Part shown: in pieces, positions 53,430 to 64,000 of the stretch
Layout of the letters: each line of letters starts with the position of its first letter
How positions within the stretch are numbered: position 1 is the first letter of the stretch
From: Octopus vulgaris
Lineage: Eukaryota
Length of the DNA: 64,000 nucleotides
Assembly (NCBI GenBank): GCA_951406725.2
Contig: OX597828.1
Coordinates: 26,040,001 to 26,104,000 of the forward strand
Direction of reading: 5' to 3'
Translations under genes and position numbers: made by a program
The notes under the pieces: generated by a model
What the model was told of the DNA's origin: nothing
Database searches by the model: none
The model's input: the letters and a program-made list of their open reading frames with translations, nothing else

Positions 53430-56400
53430 AATTTGTTTTAAAATCTAAATTTCATTCCCCACATTTCTCTATTCATTTTCGAAACAAACAAATTTGAAGT
53501 GAATGATGACATTTCTTAAGTCACTTCATTACAAGTGACTGTCAGAATTAATTTTCGATTTGCTCTTCCTGACATCCTTGTATAACACTTTACATCTGAA
53601 TAAACGAAGCATTGCATTATAGCTGATTGTTTCACTGCAAACTATCTATTCTTGGTGCTGTTTCATATTTTTCAGATCTTCCGTCTAGTGCTTTGGTATC
53701 TTATGCATTGGAATAGCCCCGGTCATCTCACTGTCAGATAACAGTTCGGTCAAATGATTTCGAGCGTGACTCAGCTTACTTTTATTTATTCTACGTTTTT
53801 TTTTTAAACTCTGCCGAGTCGCTGCTGGTCTGTTTCAGTTTGATTTGTCACTGTGTCTGTCGAACTTACAGACCCCACAACCTGCCTTTCAAGATCCGTC
53901 ACAAACGCTTACCAGTAAACATTGCAAAACTATTTAATTATTCTTTCTAATTTTGGTGCAAGGCCTGCACCTTTACGGGAAGGGGTACGTCCATTACATC
54001 GATACCAGCTTGAAAGGCAAATACACACACGCATACACATACACACACGCACATATATATATATATACATACATATACACACACATATACATATACGTAT
54101 ATGTATGTCTGTATGTATGTAAGTATATGTGTTTGTATGTATGTATGTATGTAGAGTGACTGACAGATAGACAGTCTTGCAGGTAAAAATAGATAGATAA
54201 ATTAAAACCACACATATAAAACGTGTAATACTATGAAGAAATGAGAAGTCAAACAAACAAGCAAGACATGAAGTGAGAGAAGAAAAACGTGATTAAAAAG
54301 TGTAAGAAATATAAAACGATAAAAACAAAAATAGAAGTAATGTCAAGGAAAAAACAATAGAGTAAAACGTTTCAGGAGCAACCTTCTCTCAATAAAAATA
54401 AAGAAAGAAAATGACAGCAGGGAAGGAAGAGAGCAGAAAAAATATATACGATACCGAATTTAAGATGTTTGTTTACATGACAGGTCTCGTATAAAAGGGA
54501 AGTTGGAATATAGGTTTCCCCTCATATTTTTTCTCTCAGTACACCCTTCCTTCTTGTTCTCTCTCACTCTCAATCCTCTTCTTCCTTCTTTCTCTCCGTC
54601 TTTCTCTCTCTCTCTCTCTCTACTTATTCTCTTCCTCTTTTTTCGCTCTCACTTCTTTCTTACTCTTACAGTGGCCCATACATACACATATGCCTAAGTG
54701 TGTGTGTGAAAATGCTCTTAATTAGCCCAATGTGAGCTCTCATCGATACGAGCTCTGATGAAAAGAGTTCCAAACTGTGACCGTCTCATCATTATTGTTC
54801 ATCGTAATCTCAACGAATCCTTCCATTTTAAAAAGATTGGTTGTTACTTGAAGTAAATATCCCTGCTATTTCCAGCATCTCGCAGTATTGACTCGTATAA
54901 GCAGCAGACATATATTGAGTCGATTCAATCATTTGTATTCTTTGATTTGTTTCAGTCATTGGTTTGTGATTATGTTTGAGCATCGTCTTCTAAATAATAA
55001 TCGATAGCAATACCCTTCAATGCATATTTCAACTGGAACAATATTCTTGAGACAGAGTTTACAATGCGCTGAGCTGAACGACTTTTAAACACTGTACGAT
55101 ATATTGTATTTATTTTATTTTATTTTAATTTGGTTTACTTGCTATTTAAAAATTTTTAATTTTAATAGTAAGAATCGGAATGAATAACATTAAATAATCA
55201 ACCAAATTAATTAGAACCGACCTATACACATTCTCTACTCAGTATTTATAGATGTGTGTGTCTGTGTCGTGTATATAACGTATTCACATACATGTGTGTG
55301 TTTGTTTGTGTATGTATGTGTGTGTGTGTATGGGCCCCGGTTCGATGTACACTTGTGTGTGCGTGTGTGTGTGTGTATGTGTGTGTGTGTGGTGTGTGTG
55401 TGTGTGTATGGGCCCCGGTTTGATGTACACTTGTGTGTGCGTGTGTGTGTGTGTGTAGTTTGAATTGCCCTATAAACAAGAGAGACTCTTCTATTGGCTA
55501 CCGACGGCCCAACATAGATAAACCATTTAGATATTGAACAGCAAAAGAGAGAGCATAGAGAGAGGGGGAGAGAGAAAGAAGGAGAAAGACAGAGAGAGAG
55601 AGAGAGAGAGAGGCGGGGAGAGAGAGAAAGAAAGAAGGATAATATATGTTAATAGAATCTCTGGCCAATGTCACAAGTAGAAGGTCACAGTACTGTTGAA
55701 TAGGGAAATACATAGCATAAGCCTTTTCCAGTAAGATGAAACATATTAACACCTTCAAGAAAATAACTTCTTTCTGCGGTAATCAACATTCCCCGGTACA
55801 CACATATACATACACAGAAGAGAATAACTGTAGTATTAGTGGTGGTTGGTGGTGGCGGTGGTGGCGGCGGTGGTGGTGGTGCTGTTGCTGGGGATGATGG
55901 TGGGGGCAGTGGCGCTGGTGGTGGTTGTCATAGAAGGTTAACGCTGTGAGGAAGTAATGTTTTCTTAGTACAAACGTCACCACTCATTTTTAATTCATTT
56001 TTCTATGACCAGTTATGCAGCAACCATTCTTCCTTTAATTTATATTTTTCACCATCACTTCGCATTTCGTTTCACCTCTATTCCCCTTCCCCACCGACAC
56101 TCTCCTTCCTTCCCCACCCTCATTTCCCTTCTCATTCTGCCCCCCATTTCTTTCTCACTCACCCCATCCGTTTTCTGTTTTCTAATCATCATTCTTTCCT
56201 TTTATACTCTTCATCTCATCTGATTCACCCTCTTTCTCATCTTGCACTAATTGCAGTTATGGCTGCTACTCTGACTAATAACTCTTCACACCTAAAGTCG
56301 CCATTTAATTTCAGCATCGAATTCAACTTCCTAATGACAGGACGACAAACAAGCGAAAACAAAATTCCTTTCCTCGAAGCCAAAAGAAAGCTTTTGACGC

Positions 56401-56564
56401 TTTGCCAAAGAAGTTCCGACCACCGTTTTACAAGCATATTCTTCTTGATTCCTGTAACCTTCATTCTCGTTGCTAACACTGGTTGTCAGTCGAGAACGTC
56501 GACTTCGAATTGAAACTATTTAGACAGCAGTGTATGTAAAATGAACTTTAGATACGATAAACCC

Positions 56565-56761
56565 TAGTCACAGAGCCTGCAATTTTGGGTGAGGGGCCCA
56601 GTCGATTGCATCGACCCCAGAACTTGACTAGTACTTTATTTATCGACTCTGGAAGGATGAAAGGCAAAGTCGACCTCAGCGACATTTGAATTCAGAACGT
56701 GAAGAGCCGGAAGAACTGCTTCTAAGCATTTTATCGGCAACCGATTCTATTTGCTCGCCAC
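56565..56761 (-). mobile_element. SINE family B
   Basis: gaaggatgaaaggcaaagtcgacctc...ttgaattcagaacgt. Confidence 0.85.
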
Positions 56762-57539
56762 TTTGATGCTATAAATAAACAGGAACACTTCAAATATAGT
56801 GAAATGGTAGAAACGTTAGATCACCGGGAACTAGCTTCCAGTTTTTTAAAATTTCATCCACCTGCTTCTCGAGTTCCAATTCCCCACCTCTGTGTCTCGA
56901 AACTTATTTTCCTTCTACATTTGAATCAGTGACGTAACAATTTCGATTCATACACACCACGTGGCACCTTGGGCTAGTGTATTCTTCTGTAGGCCCGGGC
57001 CGATCAATGCTTTGTGAGTGAATTTGGTAGGCCTGTATATGTGTGTGTGTGGTATATATATATATATATATTTGAGTGCGTGTGTATTTGTGCTAGTGTC
57101 CGTTCCCACCACCACCGCCACCACTAACTCGTGACAATCGGTTTTAATATGTTCATATCCGTTTACATCCACCTTGATTAATAAGTTCGGCACAAGAGAG
57201 TACCACACATAAAAAGAAGGCAAATACTCCGATAATGTAAAAAAAAAAGTATCAGGATCAATTTGTTTTACTAAGACCTTTCAAGGCGGTGCTCCAGCAT
57301 GGCTACGATCCAATTACTGAAACAAGCGAAAGACGGGACATAAATTGTCCTAGATTACATTGCTTAATGTGTCCTTTCTTTGTTCTTTGTGGATGACACT
57401 ACATGATTCGAATAAACTGTAGTTGCTATTACCAGCAGGTCTACAATCCACATTTAATAAATTCATGTGTAGTAACTGTTCTGGATATATCGTTTTTAAT
57501 ATTTGCGTGGGTATTATTTTAAGGCTCTTGTAATAGTGT

Positions 57540-57897
57540 CATTTGTGGACGCATTCGAAATCGGTTTATATTTTGTGATAAAATATGACTCTTTGCTAAT
57601 GCTCTGACTACATGTTGCATCGTCCCTGAATTTATTTAGGGGAAAAATTCTGAAGGTAGGTTATCTGTTAGTGGCGCAAATGTCGGTGTGTTGGCTGAAT
57701 GCTATATTTTTTTGTATTCCTTAATTTTGATCTGAGATCTATATAGAGCCATCCTTTGCCGTAGACTGTTTTTGGTTTGGCCTATGTATTGCTTTCGATA
57801 TCTAGAGCAAATTAGTACATATATTACGTTCTCCGAAGCACATGTGAAGTTGTTTTTCACTGTAAAATATTAACCCTGTTTGAAAGAGAACTCCGAG
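57540..57897 (-). pseudogene. PLE GIY-YIG fragment
   Basis: EFSFKQG*YFTVKNNFTCASENVIYVLICSRYRKQYIGQTKNSLRQRM; related to 8400-8600. Confidence 0.85.
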
Positions 57898-58123
57898 ATG
57901 GTGTCGAAGGTTTCATTGTTAAGAGGGGCGTATGTATATATATATATATATATATATTCTTTAAAGTAGAAGCTAACTGCCAACATAATGTGGCTATACT
58001 GGAAGGGACGTTGTTACTGTTATTTAACCCCAAGAAACATCGTTTCTAGCTGGCTATACGACACACTGTGCTTATATTTTCAAACAAGGAATTCACCATC
58101 CCCACCTAGCACAGAACAACAAA

Positions 58124-58162
58124 TGTAGACTGGTTTCAGGGTTATTGCCCTTTATCAACACA
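58124..58162 (-). ncRNA. Decayed minimal type I hammerhead motif
   Basis: tgtg-TTGATAA-aggg-caataa-ccct-GAAA-ccag-T-C-taca (two transitions away from CTGATGA). Confidence 0.6.
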
Positions 58163-58269
58163 GGATAATTGCCACATTATGTTAGCACATAGCCTTTACT
58201 TTAAACAACTGTTACTGGATATCTCTCTTTGAGAGAGTTAGAAATAATAGTATTTCTATTTTTATATAT

Positions 58270-58505
58270 ATTCTTTTATTCTTTTATTTGTTACAGTCAT
58301 TTGACTGCAGCCATGCTGGAGCACCATCTTAAAGGGCTTTAGTCGAGGAAATCAACCCCAGGAAGACTAGCACTTATTCTATCGGTGTCTTTTGCCCAAC
58401 CACTATGTTGTATACAACAGGCCTCTTTCAGTTTCTGTCTACCAAATCCACTCACGTTTTTGGTCAGCCCGAGGCTATAGCAGAAGACACTTACCCAAGG
58501 CGTCA
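58270..58505 (-). mobile_element. SINE family A, deleted copy
   Basis: cagtcatttgactgcagccatgctggagcacc...accaaatccactcac...gaagacactt. Confidence 0.8.
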
Positions 58506-59132
58506 CACACACACACACACATATGGATCTATCTCTTTGGCGTTCTTTCCTTTATCTTCGTATAACAGTCCAACATCGGCATCGGCAACTTGAGCAATTT
58601 CCTCGGTACTACATACAACAGTCTGTCCTTGTCTGTGCAACAGTCTGTAATATGCATAATGGAAACAAAAATAAAATGAATACTTAATATACTTCTGAAC
58701 TGGATTCATTTACAAAAACATTTCCTCAAAACTGTACGCCGTAACATGAACGAGTTCCACAAGATTTAACCAGGTGTGTGACAAAATGAGAAAAAGAATT
58801 CGATTATATTTTAAAAGCATGTAAAATATAAACTGAAATTCTAAAAATATATCCTTAATAACTATGTTTTATTTAAAGAATAAAGAATTAAGTACTTAAT
58901 ACATTTCTGTTGATTAAATTATTTATAGCTATTGACTCAAATATATAAATAACTTTTCTTAATACGTTTTTTTTTTTTTTTATTTCTGCGCAAAGAGCAC
59001 AAAAAGATATTTATTTTGTTGGAAATTGTACCACGAGTAAAGCAAAATTGGGCAAGAACTGTATTAAGAAGCAATGCAGCCTAAGTAAGCGATATATTCA
59101 GTATCATTGTAGCATTAATTAGAAATAGTAGC

Positions 59133-59204
<72 letters not shown>

Positions 59205-59205
59205 T

Positions 59206-60021
59206 TATATCAGTATTTAAGGAAGCTGACAAATACAAACAAGAAATCATACCACCTAATAAACATGAAGAAGAAGAAGAAGATGAAGAAACAACAAAAG
59301 CTATAAAAAAAATGAAATCCAAACTAAAAATAGAACAGCAACGAACCATGATAAAACGATGGCAAGAAAAGCCCCTTCATGGTAAATACTGGACTAAACT
59401 AAACGCAAAAGAAATAGACAAAGAAAAATCCCAGCAATGGTTGAGAAGCTCAGGACTCAAAGCAGAAACAGAGGGATTTTTAATTGCAGCACAAGACCAA
59501 AGCCTCCCCACCAGAAATTACCAAAAACATGTAATGAAAAGAAATATTACAAGTAACTGCAGAATATGTGGAGATGGACAAGAAACAATAAATCATATTA
59601 TCTCTAGCTGCCCAGTCCTGGCTAAGAAGGAATATATTCACAGACATGACAGAGTTGGAACTTACATACATTGGAAGCTATGCCAACATTATGGAATAAC
59701 AACAGAAAAAAGATGGTATAGGCACACACCAGAAAAGGTCACAGAAAACGAGAAAGCAACCATACTCTGGGATATGCCGATACACACAGATAGAGAAATT
59801 AAGGCCAACAGACCAGATATAGTTGTCAGAGACCATGAAGAAAAAAAATGCTTTCTAATTGATGTATCAGTACCGGCAGATGACTGCACACATCCTACGC
59901 AGAACACTTTCCATACAATAACCATCAGAGCATCACAACAAATCACAGCACATACCCAAGGCACACAGAGCTGCGCTCGGTAGTGAAGTGAAAGCACGCT
60001 ATAAAAATAAAAATAAAACTA

Positions 60022-60024
<3 letters not shown>
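59206..60024 (+). mobile_element. R4/Dong LINE 3' fragment (CCHC knuckle + RLE) inserted in (TAA)n
   Basis: WQEKPLHGKY, AAQDQSL, CRICGDGQETINHIISSC, RHD, NRPDIVV..LIDVSVP, then frame-shifted TAHILRRTLSIQ* (stop 59919-59921); (TAA)n on both flanks. Confidence 0.95.
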
Positions 60025-60054
<30 letters not shown>

Positions 60055-60055
60055 C

Positions 60056-60200
60056 TTTTCTACTATAGGTCGAGGCTTGAAATTTTGGGGGAGAGGGCGG
60101 ATTGATTACATCGACTCTAGTGTGTGATTCGTATTTATTTTATCGAATCCGGAGGGATGAAAGGCAAAGTGGATCTCAAAGGAATTTGATCTTGGTACAT
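60056..60200 (-). mobile_element. SINE family B, partial
   Basis: cttttctactatagg...gatgaaaggcaaagt, adjacent to (TAA)n. Confidence 0.8.
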
Positions 60201-60344
60201 AAAAATGGAACCCGAAAGAAATATTTCCTTATCAAGAAAGACAAAGCAAATAATAAAAATATAGCCAAAGAAACCAGCCTGTCATAAGCTGTATGGCAAA
60301 TACTCGATTAGATCCAGGGATTTTAATGTAGACGAAACCCTTAC

Positions 60345-60510
60345 TCTTCGATGGCTGGCATGCTCTGCTCTCAAACCGAAAGCAGAGAAGAACATTATTG
60401 CTGCTCAAGATCAATGACTTTCAACTAGTGTGATGCTCTGAAATATGAAAGCAACCCATTGTGTCGCCAATGCGGAGAACAGCTAGAAACAATCAATCAC
60501 AAAATCTCTA
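60345..60510 (+). pseudogene. Older R4/Dong fragment
   Basis: RWLACSALKPKAEKNIIAAQDQ*...LCRQCGEQLETINH. Confidence 0.8.
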
Positions 60511-62128
60511 CATTATCTAAATTATCTTCGTTTTTCTTTTTCCTTTGTTTTGTTTGCTCTTTTTCTTTAAAATATTGGGTTATAATTTGCGAGAAAAGTT
60601 GATTGGTATTTCTAGCCGATCGACTGACTGGATATAGAAGCTCTGGTTATCTCAGGGTTAAAATGAGTTGTGTGTGTCAGAACGTATATCTAGTTGAGCT
60701 ATCAAGACAAACAAGTAATACTTGGCGTTAGACATTATCAACGGACATTGTAAATCTCTACTGGTCACGCTACACCTCACCACTACTTTGCATAACAAAT
60801 TGCAAAGTTGAGGCGTAAATTGCTGGGTAACCGTATGATATTGCTGGATTTAGAATTTGAATAATTGTGTTACGTTATATATTGATTGGGTGACATTATA
60901 CAGATTGGGTGGGAAAGCGATTAATTGTTAGCTGACGTTTATACACTGCACAGACATGTTGAACAGTTCTTCGTTTAGATGCTAAATTACTGAGTTAGAT
61001 TGCTAACTGCTAACATTGAGATGCTATATTGCTAGGTTAAGTAATAGATTTTCAGGTCACATGATAAATTTCTTAATTAGATTATAAATTATCGAGCGCG
61101 ACAGAAAACGATGATAATTAAGCACAAGTGATATGAATTAATTATCATCCCGGAAAACTAAACCATTTTTGCAATATCCATTTGTTGAACTAATACTTTG
61201 CCGTTATATACACCATTTCTTAAGTATTTAAACGTCCAGCGAAATATTACTTAAGGCTAAGAGAAATATGTACAGCTTGCTTCACACCGAAACGCTTCGT
61301 ATATTGCTGGATGCTTTAAAGAAAACTGCTTGATTCCAGCTGCATAAGATAAGGAGATTTATCGTGGATAAGATCTTAGTTCAGAAAACGTAAAGACAAG
61401 AGTTGACGGTCATTAGATTTGAAGTTAAAAAAAGTAAAGAAGCTGAGAGTAGTAAATTTAAAGTAAATTCTGTAACATATTTGGTATAAAATTCCACCAA
61501 TCTAACACATAGAACTAAATACAATGCCTTGGAAAAATAAAAGCGCTACAAATTTTATTGCATTTAAAACCTGCTACAAACTCTACAGACCCACTTCACG
61601 TTTTCCCAATTTCTAGAAAAATGACATTACTTTGTTTTGTTGCCTTGTTGTTGTTTTTTTTTTTTTATAAATTTCTGCTTTTCTCCTTCAAATTAAATTA
61701 TGTAAACTGTAAGTGATAAAACGACATTAAATTGCATAAAAGTAAGTAATATAAATGCCACTTGTCGAAGCAACTTTAATGTCACAATGTTCTCTGTGAG
61801 GCTTGAGTATCGTTGAAACGAAATGTAAGATGGTCGCCTATTATGAATTTAGGCGACGAGTTAAAGAATAAAAAAACTGTATTCGCTGATACAAGCTAGC
61901 TTACTGTATATATCAAATGAAGTTAATTGCTTCCATTCATGATTCATCCGTTCATAGAAGGTGTCTTAGCTCTTGCAACCCTTACCTGGCTTTCGTTTCG
62001 GTAACTTGCCTAATAATTAATATCGAGATTAGATTTTTAAGTAACGAGATTAAGTCTGTACGCTTGGTGTCTGTGTGGCATAGCATGCAGATGAGTAGGT
62101 GTGTATGCGTAAGTAGGTGTGTATGTAC

Positions 62129-62172
<44 letters not shown>

Positions 62173-62387
62173 ACGCATGTGTGTATATGCTTCTACGTGT
62201 ATGTACGCGGGTGTGTAAGAGGTAAGTAATACTGTGTGATTTCATACATGTATATGTTTCAAAGTGTGCATACGAGGAGGGGTGGCTGTAAGACATGAGA
62301 GAGTGCGTGTGTTGGCTGTGTGTGTTTATTAGACAAGAAGACATTGGTATTCATGAATCCGTCAGTATTTTTAGGAAGTGAGTATTG

Positions 62388-62433
<46 letters not shown>

Positions 62434-63654
62434 GTGTGTGTGTGCGTAGATTGTTGGGCTTTCAAGCATGTATGATTGAAGGAGGGTCATAAGCGGGTGT
62501 ATCTGTGTTTAGAATGTTTGTGAGTGTGCGTGTGGAGGAGAGATGGACAGACAGAAATGAGAACGTGCGCATTCGCGAACATGTGTGTCATCAGGATGAC
62601 TGCGTGCGTAGAAGAGAATGTGTGATGATGTGAATGTTACTTCAGCAAAATCACACACACACACACACACCAATTCACATATAAGCATTAGAGAGAACGA
62701 CAGAACATATACGGACAAACACATCTCGGTAGATATGTACATGCAGATAGATACTGGATCGCAATTATAAATTAAAATTCATATCTCTTTATGTTAGTAC
62801 ATATTGGTAACATAATCAAATATTTAAAAAGTAAAGTTGACAAGTTCAGGCCCTCACACGAAGATCAGTACAGAAGCGATGATAGGAAGAGACTGCATTT
62901 TATGTTTTAGTTGCAGCTTTTCATGTATGTTAAACTTTCCAACTATTAATACTTTAGCTAAAATTAGTACGATAACTTAGAGACACAAGAGTTCGCTCTT
63001 TTATGTCTACGGTTTCGATGGTGGCTTATTCTCAAAAACTGGAAGACGGAACTGTAAGTGCGTTTCATGTGTTCCATATTCCAAGATGCGTGAAAAAGGT
63101 ATTGCAACCGAGAGATATAGACTGACTCAATCCGAAACAGGTGACAAGGAACCAAGTTCTTCGGTCTCGATTCTGGCACACTCGTGGAACTAGGAAAAAG
63201 ACATTGCATGTGACAGCTATGAATTGTTTCAAAAAGAGAGATGTAAAAACAAAAAAAAAAAAAGTATATGAGATAGTTAGTATTAATACCGAGAGATATT
63301 AACACCGCCTCTACTTAAACGTGGGAAATGCGGTAGATAGCATATGGGCTTTTGGTGCAAAATGCACGCTTGTTTATAACGCTGGCGGGGAGATCACGTG
63401 GTCTCGGCGCTGGAGATGGCGGGAATTTTTCTTGCCGCTAGTGATATAAACATGCGTGCATTTTGCACCAAAAAGCCAATATCAGAGTTTCTCTCATTGT
63501 ATCTACTGCAGTCAGGTTTGTTCCCGTAGAACATCCACGTTTAAGCGGGGATAAAAAGTCTTTGGGAAAGAAAGGTTGTTAGCTTCTGCTAGCGACACAT
63601 CGTACACGATCGACTGATAAATATATATATATATATGCGCATCTTTCATACTTT

Positions 63655-63836
63655 TGCCTTTTTACTTGTTTCAGTCTCATTAGAGTGCGGCCATGCTGGG
63701 GCATCGCGTTCAGTCCCACTGCGGGAAAACTTGGGCAAGTGTTTTCTACTATAGCCTAAGGTCAACCAAAGCCTTATTTTTGGATTTAGTTGACGGAAAC
63801 TGAAAGAAGCTTGTCTTGTGTGTGTATATATGTATG

Positions 63837-63867
<31 letters not shown>

Positions 63868-64000
63868 TTATAAATGTATGTCTTTGTCTCTGTGTTTGTT
63901 CACCCCAATCACCGGTTAACAGCTGGTGTTGACGTGTTTATGTCCCTATAACTCAGCGGTTCAGCAAAAGACCCCGATATAAGTATCAGGTTTTAAAGAC
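63655..64000. mobile_element. SINE family A pieces (tail on -, then body on +)
   Basis: 63655-63705 tail reverse complement; 63708-64000 gttcagtcccactgcg...gacggaaactgaaagaagc. Confidence 0.85.

Noticed and set aside
54745-54790. CTGATGA words at ~54756, ~12562 and ~2124 as hammerheads
   Set aside because: No stem II plus GAAA plus UH arrangement; the latter two lie in or beside transposon coding relics
56240-56513. 84-aa ORF after a pyrimidine tract as an exon
   Set aside because: No recognisable homology and no partner exons; more plausibly non-coding
61835-61857. tcgccta...taggcga hairpin as a Helitron 3' end
   Set aside because: No CTRR at the expected 10-15 nt distance; a 7-bp stem can occur by chance

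Overview
Eukaryotic, AT-rich, repeat-saturated DNA with no recognisable host protein-coding gene, so it is intergenic or a large intron. The two dominant tRNA-derived SINE families and the (TA)n/(TACA)n/(TAA)n load resemble octopus DNA (inference from recalled repeat families). Nearly all listed ORFs are microsatellite artefacts. The real coding remnants are transposons: one 5'-truncated but uninterrupted Penelope-like element (RT + GIY-YIG, 33418-34866) with a promoter- and hammerhead-bearing 3' repeat, three further PLE relics, four R4/Dong-type LINE pieces, mariner, Tc1 and DD37D relics, a pogo-type MITE and a possible piggyBac relic. The main unexplained structure is a set of short non-coding elements sitting in (TA)n tracts. 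They carry minimal hammerhead-ribozyme motifs (about a dozen intact or decayed, from several unrelated families) and often occur as fold-back palindromes of 60-850 bp. The clearest case is 43885-44738, with one hammerhead on each arm. All calls were made by eye; coordinates are approximate to a few bases and no database search or folding was run.
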